Source of the DNA: Saccostrea cucullata
Lineage: Eukaryota
NCBI RefSeq assembly: GCF_032062105.1
Contig: NW_026930705.1
Location: forward strand, 62,001-126,000
Direction: 5' to 3'
Length of the DNA: 64,000 nt
In this document: piece by piece, positions 1 through 13,923 of the stretch
Layout: every line of letters begins with the position of its first letter
Numbering within the stretch: the stretch's first letter is position 1
Made by a program: the position numbers and the translations under genes
Notes under the pieces: model-generated
Seen by the model: only the letters and a program-made list of their open reading frames with translations
Told to the model about the DNA's origin: nothing
Databases searched by the model: none

Positions 1-629
1 GCTATTAATGGCGTGTTAAAATTAACACCACGGACAACGGGTATAAACTGGCTGGCAGGAGAATGGTGCGGGTTACTCTTGACCCGGCTATTACCGTAAT
101 TTGTTAATACTGGCTTACGCGTATGTCAGATTTTAATTTTAGCTCATCCGCTACATCACACAGATGTGATTGATTCGGACGTTCCGTGGCACTTACGACC
201 GCAAGTCTGACCCTGCTTGGATCTCTTGATCTGTTGTTTACTCTGGTCACTGATAACCTTGATCTAGTGGATTTCTAAATTATATATTAAGTGAAATAAT
301 CCTTGAAATTGCAAGTTATATTTCTGTGATGCGTCAAAGCCATACATTGTATCGGTTTTGCACGAATACCAAAGTATATGTTAACGTATTTTGCAAAACT
401 GTTTAAGCATTTGACACATATGGGTTACATGTACAAGTTCGTTAAAAGAGTTTTTCCAACATTTATATAATACAAACAACAAAAAAAAGTATTTGGTCAT
501 GGTGTACCTTGCACGTTTTGTTTGGATCTCGTTTGCACTAGGTTTCTAAGGTTTACAAATTTTGTACAAGAGGAAAACAGAAAAACAATAACCGGAATAT
601 CAGACATCACCAAAAAAGGGTGAAGATAA

Positions 630-2470
630 CACTGATCGGTCCCATAAGATCTTCAAACAATACAAATATGTGAACAGGGCATAAAAACACGGACCCCCGG
701 GAATTCCAGAGGTGGGATCAGGTGCCTTGGAAGAGAAAACATCCCCTACTGACCGGTCACACACGCCCCGAGTATAAGTATCGATCAAGTATAGACGGTC
801 AATACGTAGTTAAATACTTGCTTAATAATTGTTATGAAATAAGTCGAGCCAGTAATAGGTTATATTTGCTAATAAGCTCATTGTAATGATTATAGAATTT
901 ACGAAATGTTGATTTTTAACGAGGTTGTTAAAATCCCTGCAACATCAACAAATGTATGAGTAGCCTGCCTTATTATTAGTTTAAAAATTGATGGGACTGA
1001 GGGCTTTCTCTTGAGTAACGAATGAGTTGTGAGACATAAACATACATGCAGGTGATAGCGGACTTTAAAAGAAAAGTTGACGATGGAAAATCTGAAGTCA
1101 TCTCGATTGTCATACAAATTACTGTATAGGGGGAAAATAACTCGCGGTGTTAATATTCGCTATATTCACGGTGATAATAAATCCGTGAATTCAAGAAATA
1201 GTGAATATTTTTTTCAATAATCTCCATGTTTTATTTGGAAATTTTTTATTTAAATACATGTACCACAGTGCATGGTCATTTCAGTAATTAAACTCGTCAT
1301 TCAATTATTTTAATTAGCACGCTTTACATTAATTCAAGTCAACAGATAATAACCTGTATTTGTTAAAAGGCTTTTTAATAGCCAACGCTACATGTTTCAT
1401 CAATCAAAACCAGTGGGCCATGAGATTTGATTACCCGTGCGTAACTAATGCTAACACGCACGGTGTGTGCATTACCTGCATTATCATGCATATTATATAG
1501 TTTTTATCGACATTTTTATTTCAAAAAATCATTCAAATAACTATCGAACTTACTCAAGATTTTAAAGGAAATTATTTCGTCGACATACATGAACAAATTT
1601 ATTACCGTCCAGTGGTTTTTCGTCGCGATGTATTAAAGATCTTGGGGTGTACATGCACTCATCGTAATAGAATGTAGGAAAGTTATTTGATGTTTATAGT
1701 CAAGGACTTTTGATAACTGCACCTGTTTTAATTAATTTATTAAGTCTTACTATTTTATATTAACCTACCCTGTTGTTCGTGAAATAAAGACATAACAATT
1801 ATGAATGCCGTTTACATGTAGCTATGGATTAAACGGATATAGACAAGGGAGGTAACTTCAATAACATAAGAATTCCGCGAATTCAAGAAACCGCGATTGT
1901 GTCCGATGAGAGAAAACCGTGAAAATTACAACCCGTGAAATTAATCCCCTATACAGTAGTTGTTGACTGGCTTTTATTATCTATGGTCAGTTAAACATCT
2001 AAGCATTTAACAGATGTGACAGACTCTGTGGTGCCTTAAAACTTAATTTCAAGTTCACTGGAACATATCGATTCGACAAATGAATGGAAATATAACTAGT
2101 TTTAATTGTTAAAAAGCCGTCGATATAATTATTTGAATATCAAGATGAAGACCACAGAAAGTGATTCCTTCTTCTCAGGTATGTTTTAAGTAAATTGTCC
2201 CCTATAAGAATATCAAAAATAAGTCGGCTTATCCATCACTATTTCAACGGTTTGTTGTTTGACCAAGTCATCTCCGAAGACAAAATCTTGTGAATGATGA
2301 AATCCAGCATCTTTTTTTCGTCAGCTTAAGAGTACTTTGTATAAAGTCAGTGTGATTTTAACAAAGTATTTTTTTTGATGACCAATTAAAAGATACGAAA
2401 AATTCCTCAAGTTCCGTTTTTATTGAAGACACAGTTTTCTGTGATATCAGAAATCCTAGTTTTCGATATA
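630..2470 (-). mobile_element. Penelope-like (Naiad-type) retroelement relic, interrupted by a MITE
   Basis: RT remnants (LYDNRDDFRFSIVNF; YIDG) and the conserved 3' motif at about 709-770. Confidence 0.8.
1122..1956. mobile_element. Non-autonomous TA-targeting DNA transposon (MITE)
   Basis: TA-CTGTATAGGGG...CCCCTATACAG-TA with subterminal CGCG/CCGTGAA repeats. Excision restores the host RT frame (TTNLYD). Confidence 0.85.
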
Positions 2471-2789
2471 TCTGATGGATAGCTGCCCAAAGCTGCCCAA
2501 AGTGTATATAGGAAAGTGGAATTTTTCTCTAGAATCTACAGAAACACTGTACATTTGAAATTTCTTTTTAATGCGTTTGCTCGATTTTTCTGATTGAAAA
2601 TATTGTTTAAATACATTTTTCATAAAATTTTATTTAAATAATTCGATGAAAAAAACTGTACAATGATATATTATTTTAACGCGTTTTGATGACACCGTTT
2701 TTATAAGAATCAATATAAATGCGTCAAATAAAAACGAACTGTCTTTCTTATGTTGTACAATAAGAAGCTACTCTAGAATGATAACAACT

Positions 2790-3050
2790 TAACCCTAACA
2801 AAATATACTATAGTTAACTATAATGATGACAGTGTGAAAAGTTTGATTTACTACAGTGATAACTTTGACACTTGGATTTGCTATAGTGATAAGTATAAAA
2901 ACTGATTTATCGTAGTGATCACTATGAAAACTGATTAACTACAGTTATTGCTATGACACTATAGTGATCACTTTCAAAACTTTGATTAACCATAAGGATA
3001 ACTTTGACACTATAGTGATCACGATGAAAACTTTAACTTACTATAGTCCT
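2790..3050. repeat. Degenerate ~29-bp tandem repeat (tatagtgatcactatgaaaactgatttac-like)
   Basis: Recurrent AGTGATMACT(A/T)TGA units. Confidence 0.6.
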
Positions 3051-4559
3051 TGTTATATTATTGTGCTTTTTATGGGGTTTATGAGGAATTATATCATTCG
3101 AAGTTTTAGGTTCTATGTTTTTATAAATTTTGAAACAGGCATAATGATTACGACAGATTTAGGTACAGACAATACACAATGCGATTGAGAATATTTATTT
3201 TTCAATTTCATATGTAGGTATATGTTGTAATAATTTAATGATGGCATATTGAATAAATACATGTGTACTTGATGTTAACAAGTGCATTATTATTATAAAT
3301 GCAATATACATCTGATAATAGAACACAACATATGCCTGATACATCAACAAGAAGAAGCAAGAGTCTGTGCTAAATATAAGAAACAGAAATCCATTTCTGC
3401 CTCATGTGAATAAACAGATACTTAATTGTAGAATTTCCCTTCTCTCTTGAAAGGATACTGGATACATTTGCATAAGATGATTGTATTTTACAAAGCAAAT
3501 ACATTTATGTTAACAAAGACGTTCTGCGAATTCTTCGACTGCTAATTCCCAGTAAGAGTTACAGGGAGGTGTTTGTTTATGTAAACGTGTGAGTTTCCTT
3601 TGATTTAAACATAGATCTCGCTTCAGTTTAAAGTTATACCGTATGTAGAACTAAATGTGCAGAAAGTAAAAGTCTTTAGCATAAATATCACGTCATAAAT
3701 CGTCAAGAAGCAGTAATGTGATAACATCGTAATTTTTTTTTACCTAATGATTTTTATTCATACCGTTTAAAGTCAATTTTTTTTTCATATATCCTTAAAT
3801 TTTGGAATAAATTACAATAATTATGAACAATTATGAACTCTTTTAACAATGTTTAAGAATTCCAGTGTAGAACAATAATCGACCTATAATTTGTGCTTTG
3901 TTATATAAGTTGATGGTCTAACCTTTTGACTACATGAATATACATGTGTATGTATAGAAAGGACTCACACAGGCACTTCAGCTTTTTACACCATGCTTGT
4001 ATGAAGATCAACTATGGCAGGGCCCTGTAATTAGATAAGAAGTTGGATCAATTTCTGAAAAGGGGAAGGAACACTGTAATTAGATATAATATAAACATCG
4101 ATTTCTGATGAGGGAGAGCTTCATGGCATGTCAATCGTTTCCGTATTCGATTTTTCCATTTGTTATGTATGGATTTTCATTTATACTTATAATATATTTT
4201 TCCATGTGTATTGTATATTTTTTTAATTTTAATTATATTTTTTTGATTTGTATGGTGTAATTTTTCATATCATTTATTTCTCATTCCAATATCAACAGCA
4301 GTGAAGGAGAAACTTCAGGAGTACTGTGTACAATAATAATAATTTAGGAAGTGATTTTTATCAGACGTGGGTACTTAAAATTTTCAATGAACGTTTAAAA
4401 AACCGAAATCACAAAATTTTACCAAAATCACACAGGCACATGACCTTACTTATTTTTTCTTTTAATAAAAAAAATACACTCCGACTAATAATTGAATTAT
4501 TATAGGTAGAGGGGTATAATTTTATTGAAAGAAAAATAAGTAGCGTAAGGTGCCTGTGC

Positions 4560-5340
4560 AACATCAAAAATATCACAACGTTCGACCTCTCAATACCTTA
4601 TATGCACCCCCACGATAAATTAATTATGTTCAGGCTTTTTGAAAGCATTGACAGTTGAATTTTCCTTACTTTGTCATTGGTCACTCGCAAGATATTTTTC
4701 TTTTTTTAGTTTTAAAAAACTCTCTGATTGTACACACAAGTGCTCTGAAGTTGATTTTTTTTCATAAGTTTACTAGAAGAAAAAAACGTGAACCTAACAA
4801 TAAAAATTTATGATAAACCAGATGAATTCAATTTTTCAATCTTCAACTTTCCTTACTTCTATGTATGTAGCTTTATATGTAGTAATATACCTTTACAACC
4901 TGCATATGGGGTTAATGTAATTCAGTTGACTCGATATGCAAGAACATATTCTAGTATCAGCAATATCTTGAACAAGACACGCAATGACAAACAGTTGATG
5001 AAAGAAGTTATAAACAGTCTGATTTGAAATCATCATTTCTATGGTATATGCAATGACCTTGTAAACAAATACAACCTATTATTGAGACAAACTAAATTAA
5101 GAATGGCGTTTTTTCATACAGATTGTTTGGTCATTATTAATACACTTTTTCCATTATTTCCCGATCATGACTAGGAGCACACGGCAGGTGTGACCGGTCG
5201 ACAGGGGATGTTCACTCCTCCTTGGTACCTGATCCCACCTCGGATATTTAAGAGGTCTATGTTCGCATTGTTTCTTATCTGTGTAATACATGTTGTTTAA
5301 ATAAACCTATGGGCTTGAATAACGACCGTTATCTCTACAT
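4560..5340 (+). mobile_element. Penelope-like retroelement relic (internally deleted)
   Basis: KIYDKPDEFNFSIFNFPY, NIPLQPAYGV; 3' motif 5175-5241. Confidence 0.8.
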
Positions 5341-6329
5341 TTTATTATTTTATATATTTGTATTTAATTATTTACCATTTTATTTTACATTTGAATTGAA
5401 CAATTTTAATTCATATTGTATATGTATGTATTCACATTGTTTAGTTTTCTATTTGTTCTACCTCATTTTTTGTATTTGTAGTTTGTTATTTCTCATTAAT
5501 TGTATAATTTTCAATTTACATGTAGTAATTTTCCATTTGTATTATGTAACTTCATAATTTTTAAACTAATGCAAAAAAATACAATCAAATAAAAAATTAT
5601 AGAATACAAATAGAAAAAATATAGAATGAAAATGAAAACAAAATTGTTGAAAACAAACGGAAATTCATATGATAAAATTAAAAAGACCGAATATTGCAAA
5701 TTTGACATGCAGTATCCTCATTGAATGTAAATAACAATAGAAAAATAATTTATTCTTTTTCAAACTTAAACCTTTAAATCTTATGAAACGTTCCCTTTCT
5801 CCGACAATGTCAGTTTAGCAGTTATATGTCATTCATACAAATACTTATGGAAATTCCTCAACAAGATGTTATTAGCTGTCAATTTGTTATGAATTGAACT
5901 TTGACATGGATAGTTCATTTGATGATGAGGTAAACTTATCCCATGGAATATTTAAGGTGAAGTAAACTTTAATTTGTCATCTAAAAGGGTATATTAAAAG
6001 TAAAATGATCTTTTATTGTTAAGTGAACTTTGACTTTTATAGGTACTACACATAAATGAAGCGCGGTTATTTATGGTTGAACGTCAATTATAACATAATG
6101 AACTTTGAAATGTACACATTCTGCGACAAGCAACACGAGTTACACTGAATTGAAGATTTTTAAATTGTATAAGTGAATTTTGTACACTGTTTATAGGTAT
6201 AGGTGAATAAAATATGGCTATTATATTTATGGAATATACAGGTATTCGAATTGAATCATTTGACCGATTTTTCCTTTCAAAAGAAATGGGAGTATTTAAA
6301 GATAGCTCAAAAGTCCATTTAACAATAAA

Positions 6330-6840
6330 AAAAAATAGGAGAAAAAACACAGCCTCCAAAATAACAGGTGGGATCAGGTGCCATGGAGGAGAGAGCATCC
6401 CCTCCCGACCAATCACACCCGCCGTGGTCCATTGTCATGATGGGGAAATAATGGAAAATCGACAATTCAGTGTGTAATGGCTTAACAATTAGTAGGAAAA
6501 ACTTCAGTCAGCATTTGACACAATAATAAAGTGTATTTGCTAACAAGGTCATTGTATCGACCATAGAACTTACGAAATGATGCCTTTAAACGAGACTGCT
6601 GATATTCTTGGTTCATCAACCTGTTTGTCAATACCTTACTTCTTTAGAAATTATTCATATGTAGAGCATGTTCATGCGTATTGAATCAATTGAGAGATAT
6701 AAACCCCGCATGCAGCTGATGAAGGTATATTGCTGCATAAGTATGAGAGGTTGACGAAAGAGCAATAAAAAACATCCCGTTTGTCATAAAGCTTGTTTGT
6801 TAGATTACTATTAATGCCCTTTTCAAGTTAAAGATAAATT
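6330..6840 (-). mobile_element. Penelope-like retroelement 3' relic
   Basis: 3' motif 6367-6426 plus thumb-domain remnants. Confidence 0.8.
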
Positions 6841-7736
6841 TTTTTACAAAATCAGCAATAGATCAGATTATTCAAGCATTGAAAAGACAATGTAACTGAG
6901 GAATGATCTGCTATCTTCTATGAAATCAAAACTTAAATCAATTTTGTTGAATCATTTAACAAGAAATTTGTTAGACATATTTTGAGATCGGGTGCTAAGC
7001 GTGTTCTTTCTAACAAACACGAGTCGTCTATAGGCGCTATGATATAACCTCTGGATAAAATTTATATATGGAAGTCAATAAATTTAATCCGATTAGAACA
7101 CGTTCACAAGAGTTACTTTTCCTAAGACGCTTTTTAAAATTGTTAAAATTGTTCAAAATGGCGAAGATATGTATTTTAAAATAGGAGATATCTTAAAGAA
7201 TAAATGGTACATTTTTAATGATAAAATTGAATTTTATTAAAAAGAAATACCAGGGGTACGCCAACAGCCTAACCCACCCCAAAGGAGACAAGAAGTTTTA
7301 TTTATTAGAGTAAATATTATAGAGGGCTGTGTATACTGAGTGGAATTCATGTGCTATTCTATGTATCCATTTAAATAAAAGGTTTTCCAATTAAGACTCA
7401 TTTATCGTTTTTGAAATCTTCCCTATAATTTCTAAAATTGGCTTTCATTACAAGAATTTTTTATTAGTAAGTTGTCATCAAAATTAATATTGCAGGTGTA
7501 GACAGTGATCAAACTCTCGCTAAAGTTATGTCTGTGACAAAATATTATGGAAGGGGTCTATGGTTCTATAATAGGCTATGGCGTATGTTAAATTTTACCA
7601 TAAAGATTTCAAACCCCTTTAAATGCTCTCTACCTGGTCGAGTTCTCTACGAAGTTATGATTTTTGTCACAATTTTTAAAATGTCTGAAGATTGTTGAGA
7701 AATTGGAGACAGTGGCGATGGCATAATGAAAAAAAT

Positions 7737-8760
7737 AGGAGATAACGATCAGTATTCAAATTCAAATTCATTAAACATTACGAAATAGAAGCAGAGCAAA
7801 CACGGACCTTCAAAACAATAGTGGTTGGATAAAGTGCCATGAAAGAGTAAGCATCCCTGCCGAACTGTCCCACCAGGCCTTTGCTCCTCGTCATGATCGG
7901 GAAATAACGGAAATATTCGTCGAAAATTCAGTGTGTAAATAATGGCCTTACAATAAGTTTTAAAAATGTAATATAGCATTTGACTCAATGATAAATTGTA
8001 TTTGCTGACAAGGTCATTGTATCGACCATTGAACATACGAAATGATGCCCTTAAACGAAATTGTTGAAGTTCTTGTTTCATCAATCTGTTTGTAAATAAT
8101 TTACCTCGTTATACAAATTGTACATATGTAGAGCATGCTCTTGCGTATCGAATTATGCAGGTGATAAAGATATATTGCTCCATAATTTAAGGGATTTGAT
8201 GATTGAAAAGTTAAATACATCATGTTTATCATAGAGCTTGGTTGTTAGATTACCATTAACGTCAATTTCAAGCAAAATATCCAATATGGAACGATTGTGT
8301 CAGACTCTGTGGTATCTTTTATCTCAAGCTCACTGGGATATATCGTTTTGGCATAAGAATGGAAATACTAGTAACCATTTTTTTTATTGACAATATGTCG
8401 CCGATAAATCTTAATGTCGAGTTGCAGCCACAGTAAGTATTTGCTTCTTATGAATACAAAATTTGCAAATAAGGGGTGATTACAAGGTGGGAAGTACAAT
8501 TGTTGGAAGACCTGTTCCAAAAACTTTTTATTGTCAATCAGAAACTCAAGAATCTTTTAATGTAAACGTCTGAGTACAAATAGTATGGGTTTTTTTTAAT
8601 AATTTTGCAAATAACTGATTACTAGGTTAGTAAATTTACGAGTTCCATTTTTATTGAAAAAGCAGCTGTCAGTGATATCAAAAGGTCCAGACTTCAATTT
8701 TTCTTGGGGAAGTTGAAAGTCATAAGTTTTTATGTTGCTGAATTGGGTAAAAAAAAATCA
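7737..8760 (-). mobile_element. Penelope-like retroelement relic
   Basis: FRMFNGRYNDLVSKYNLSLSQML; degenerate 3' motif at about 7820-7890. Confidence 0.8.
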
Positions 8761-8949
8761 TTTTAAAATATTAAGAAGTTCCTTTGAATTTTTAAGTATA
8801 CGTATCCACATCTAATTTACACCACTTCTCTATTACATGTATATTTTAGACAGACTGTTTGTTGTCCTTGTCATTTCAAGAAAGCTCCCCCCGGCGGGGG
8901 AGAGGGTAGGGGAACAAAGTGCACTATCGGAGTTTAACATCAGGATATT

Positions 8950-9192
8950 TCTGTAGCTTATATAGAAGAGTGCTTGCTCCGTCAATCAATAGGTCGTGTT
9001 CGAGCCCCGGTCGCGACTAGCCTAAGTCGTAGCAACTGTTCCTTCGCCAAGTGTTTGGCACTTTGAAGTAAAAGTTGCCACCCTGAGTTCCAAGGAAAGG
9101 TCTAAATTTGAAGCCCTTCGCCGGTATATGGTGCCGTCTTTATATGAGTGAAAAATTCCCGATTGGGACTCAAAATAAGAAACAAACAATCA
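8950..9192 (+). mobile_element. tRNA-derived SINE relic
   Basis: B-box GTTCGAGCC; tail atatgagtgaaaaattccc...aaacaaacaa shared with two other copies. Confidence 0.65.
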
Positions 9193-10226
9193 AAGGAAAG
9201 AACGCAAACAATCTTTTTTTTTCCTCAAGAACAGCAAAGCTCTTTTTGATCAAGTTGATATAGAAGTATCTGAAGGTAGTGTAGATTCAAGTTTGTCCAA
9301 ATCACGACTAAGGGGTAGATGGATTACATCTATATTGAAAAAATAGTGACAACTAGGGTCTGGGCGCGGCCACACAGAGATCAAAGTTTAAAACTAAGGA
9401 ATACAAAATAGAAAAAAAAATCTGCTGATGAAAAGTAGGGCCTCTGGACGCCTCAGCTAGAGGCATTGCTTGGACACCTTACACTCAATCCGTAACTCTC
9501 TGGAGGTCCCATACGCCATAATATGATATAGATTTTCCCTCCACTAGATACTACTTGTTTTCTGACATTCTATAGATTCATTATATTTCCTATTCCCTTT
9601 CCTAAGTGCCTAGTCTTTTGATTTTCATAGAAGGAAAGGCTGACTGAATCAATAGGGGTTTCTTTTGCATTGAGTTAGCTTGGAGTTAAAATTTAGTTAT
9701 ACATTCATTGTTCAATTTTCTTGGCCATTGAGAGAAAGATATATGTTGTCAAAGCAAACCAGAGAGAATTCTTTCAATCCTAAATCATTTATAATTCTAT
9801 CACGCTGCTTTCTCGGGAAATACGACTCTTGAATTTTAAAAATGCAAAAGGTCATTTAGAGACGCCAAGCAATGATTTGCCACTTAACACCATATAAATT
9901 TTATGACACAATTTGAGAAAATAAAGAACTTTGTACACTTAATGTTTTTTTTTTAATTCCACAATTCAAAAATAATATTAAAGCGAAAATATACCGCGTG
10001 CAGCTTTATGACATTAAAGTCAGAGTAGAAAACATCAAATAAATCCCTTTATTATCGTACAGACCAATATTACATCTATAGACTGAGAGAAAAGCCAGCG
10101 GCTAAACGTGTTTGACATGGATTCATGGATATTCTGATTAGTATTCAATAGTGTTCAAAAGTAGATTTAATTTCCGTCAAACATTATTTCTGTCGCTCTG
10201 TAGCCATGCATTGTCATGAGGTGCTA

Positions 10227-10749
10227 CAATGAAGCGCATTGAAGTGGTAAAATTTTCCGTTCGAATGAAAGGTTTTGAGCTATCTTTAGAACGTTTGTTG
10301 TCATCTTATGACACGCCCATTTCTTTACAAATGGATAAAACTGTCAATTTGTTTATTCGAATACCTGTAGAACAGGTTTTCCATAAATAAAATAGCCAAT
10401 GAAATTGTCGGTCTAAATAAACACCGAGTAAACACGTGTTCGACCGAAACATGTGTTTTGGTAACTTCAATAGATATGATAAGTTCAAAAATATGTACAT
10501 ATGCGTTGCAATTTGAGTTTTACAGAAGCAGGGAGTCTCAAACTCTCTCTTCAAATTTTTAAAGCTCCATTTTACAGTGTAACTCATATGCTTGTCGCAA
10601 AGATTGGGGTGTCCTAAAACATTACGACGAATATTTTTTTCTCGTTTCTAAAAATATGGGCGTGTCATTATGTTGTAACTGACGTTCAAAACATGACTCA
10701 GAACATTTGGTCCACACGGAAAATTTTACCACTTCAATGCGCTTCATTG
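10227..10749. mobile_element. MITE with 34-bp perfect TIRs and TA TSD
   Basis: TA-CAATGAAGCGCATTGAAGTGGTAAAATTTTCCGT and its exact reverse complement, followed by TA; weaker symmetry extends about 100 bp. Confidence 0.9.
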
Positions 10750-10837
10750 TATTAATAGTCTTCTTTAATGGAAAAGGATAAAAATAAATAACAGTGATCG
10801 ATCTAAAAAAATTACATACAATACAAATCTACCAAAG

Positions 10838-11112
10838 TCGCCCGCGTGGCGCAGTGGCTAGAGCGATTGCTCTAGTGTCACTTAGTAAGGAGTTGGTCCG
10901 TAAGTCGGATGTTCAAATCCGACAATAGGACGCGGAATCTGATTCCTTAACTCGAGGTCCCCTGTCGCAGTAGATGCTGGCATGAAAAAGATTCTTCGCT
11001 TCTCACAGAATGTAAATGCCCAGTACTGTTTAAATTCGAAGTTCCTCACCTGCAAGTAGTGGCATCTCCGTAAAGTTAAAAGTTCTCACAGAGACGATTT
11101 AAACAAACAAAT
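10838..11112 (+). mobile_element. tRNA-derived SINE
   Basis: A-box TGGCGCAGTGG, B-box GTTCAAATCC, (AAAC)n tail. Confidence 0.7.
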
Positions 11113-13314
11113 AATCTGTGAACAATAATCAGTGGTTGTATAAATAATGAGAAATAGTTTAATACAACCCATCTTAAATAATTATATATACTTTCGAGGT
11201 CGATATATCTAAGTTTAATATTCACCTATTATTCTGGAGAAAGTCATTTTTAGAACCATTTTTTATAACAGGTCCAGTTTAAGTTTACCAGTACATTTTG
11301 TTTTCAGTGTTTTTCCAAGAGTATATCTGTATTTGTGAATTTTGATATGACAGAATAGAAACAACCTTATTGAAATATTTTGACATCCCTAAATTTCATG
11401 ACAAATATTTCACCAAATCTATTTCTACTCTTACCATGAGTAAAAAGGAAGATTTCTTAATTCTGCATGAATCAGTTTTGTTTTTAATAAAGCCATAATC
11501 CTAAGAAATAATCAGCTGTTTTACTTTATATGAAGAATAATCCAAAGGTCGCAGAAAAGTATAATTATTGGAACTAAAACATCATGAACATGATCATTTC
11601 TCGATATCAAAGACATTAGACAATGATTTGTGGGTATGGATTGGAGCGCCTGCTGTGTTGGACGAGAGCTACCAGGCTTCTTAACTCACAAACAACCCCT
11701 CCCGAGGTTTGTCTTTTGATATGGATTTTGCCTACACTTTTCACCACCTTTTTCCTATAAAATCATTCTTGCATTCTTGATTTTTGCCCTTTTTTTGGTG
11801 CTTTTGATTGTTTTGGATTTTCAAAGGAGAAAGGAGTAAGTGAATAATGCAGTTTGATTCTTTTACATTTGCATAAGGTAAGATAAAACAACTTCTTTGA
11901 AATCCAGTAATAAATGAGCAAAAAAGGTATTCATTTTTGGAAAAAGAATATTTAAAGAGTTTTGACGATACCTTTTGCTTTTGAGTTCTGTCTCATTATT
12001 CCTCTTAGGACAAAGAACCTTTTTTAAATGTTGATTATTTTTGGAAAAGAGAACGTATATATCAGAGAAACGTCAATAATAAAATCATGAATTGAGCATT
12101 ATGTGCAATGTAATAAATTGGTTTTTTTTACTTACTTGAAGGGAAACCCCCTTTTTAAATTTTATAACATTTATATTTGTCCGTTATATAATGCGAATCT
12201 TCCAGGAGTGATAATCGCGGCTTAGAAAAATCCTTAGGCAATATATTCAGTGTGAAAATAATGACCTAACAATAAGCGTAGCTTAATAAGTAATTGTTAC
12301 TTGATAAAACTAAATGAAACTTCAAAGGAATCTTAAAAAGGAGCACAATTATTGTCCATAGAAAGTCACCAAAGATTACATAGATGTTTTCAATGGAATT
12401 ACAGCATCATTTTACTTTCAATGTCAGAGCACTCATGTGTAGAATCGGAACGACTTATAACAATGAAATTAAGCATATCACCAAGCACAATAAATGAATA
12501 TTTAGGAGATTCATTTTTATTGAGGAAGCAATAGTCCAAAACTATTTTAATTTGTCGTGAGGATTGGTTATATAGAGAGTAGAAGGAAAACCTTTTTTTT
12601 AATTAGGTTAATTTAAGTTAAGTTTTGTTTGTTGATTTAGATTTTCAAAAAGCTCTTTGCAGTCTTTTCTTAAATCTGTTGTAGCACAATACGTATGAAG
12701 CTTCTTCTTCACATCGGTTTAAATTTTAGTTAGGGGCAAGAACAAGGGCTGGATGATTATTTGTTTAACTATCAACTTCGTTTGTAAGGAATTTTATGAA
12801 ATCTAGGAATCCAGTGTGGATACAATAAATCACTTTTGTAATGTCTGAAAAGGAAAGGATAAATAATTTTTTCGCATTTTACTTTGTTTTAATTAAAAAA
12901 ATTTCAAAGTATGCGTTGTTCATATATTTCGTTATCTAGTATGACAGACCATTACAGAAAAGTATTATAGTTTATCATTACATAGTTTATAAAACTTAAT
13001 TTCATTATAGTATCAAATTATTTACCATAGTAAATAAAAGTTTTTACTAAATAAGATAATGTATTTTTCTGTGGATTTCAAATTGTTATATCTCAAGTTT
13101 TCATTTCATACACGCACATTTTTATATTAGATAATATTTGTATATCCGGGTATTATTGTCATATATTACTATAATGGCAATGATTCAATGAATAAAGGAG
13201 ATTTTAAGTTTACATCAAAATAGTGATAGACTATCTGGAATATGTTTGAAACAAGAGGAAAGACACGGACACTGAAGAGAACCTTGTTTTAGATATGGTG
13301 AAGATGAAGACTAA

Positions 13315-13923
13315 AAATGATTGAGGCAATAGTTGATGAATATCTATTGAAAATAATTGAGACAATAGTTGACGAATATCTGTTGAAAATGATTGAGACA
13401 ATAGTTGAGGAATATCTATTGAAAATAATTGAGACAACAACAGACTCGTTTAAAGTCATCATTTCGCAAGTTCTACGGTCCATACAATGACCTTGTCAGC
13501 AAATACAATTTATCTTTGAGTCAAATGCTGACTGACGTTTTTCATACTAATTGTTAGTCCATTATTTATACACTGAATTGACATTGGATTTTTATGTTAT
13601 TTATGTTATTATTATTACCTGATCATGACAAGGAGCACACGGCGGGTGTGACCGATCAGCAGGGGATGCTCACTCCTCCATGGCACCTGATCCCACCTCT
13701 GATGTTTCGGAGGTCCGTGTTTGCTCTGCTCCTATTTTGTGTTGTTTTTTGGACTTTGAGATTGAATTCTGTTCGTTATCTCCATATCCTTCTTGAAGAA
13801 TATCTATTCAAAATGATTGAGACAATAGTTGAGGAATATTTGTTGAAAATGATTGAGACAATAGTTGAGGAATATCTATTGAAAATGATTGAGGCAATAG
13901 TTGAGGAATGTCTATTGAAAATG
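13315..13923. repeat. 36-bp minisatellite (~7 units) split by a retroelement fragment
   Basis: Unit aaatgattgagacaatagttgaggaatatctattga at 13315-13437 and 13793-13923. Confidence 0.9.
13436..13790 (+). mobile_element. 5'-truncated Penelope-like element (3' ~350 bp)
   Basis: QQTRLKSSFRKFYG..NDLVSKYNLSLSQMLTDVFHTNC*, 3' motif 13633-13699. Confidence 0.85.

Noticed and set aside
5175-5241. HDV-like ribozyme in the PLE 3' motif
   Set aside because: I could not build P3 around the TCCTCC loop or the nested double pseudoknot.
5309-5708. Hydrophobic short ORFs
   Set aside because: Low-complexity T-rich repeat arms. Most other 60-110 aa ORFs in the track are likewise chance or TE remnants.
10838-10925. 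tRNA gene
   Set aside because: A and B boxes are present but there is no clean cloverleaf, and a SINE body and tail follow. The same applies at 8950 and 29300; 56755 is only a fragment.
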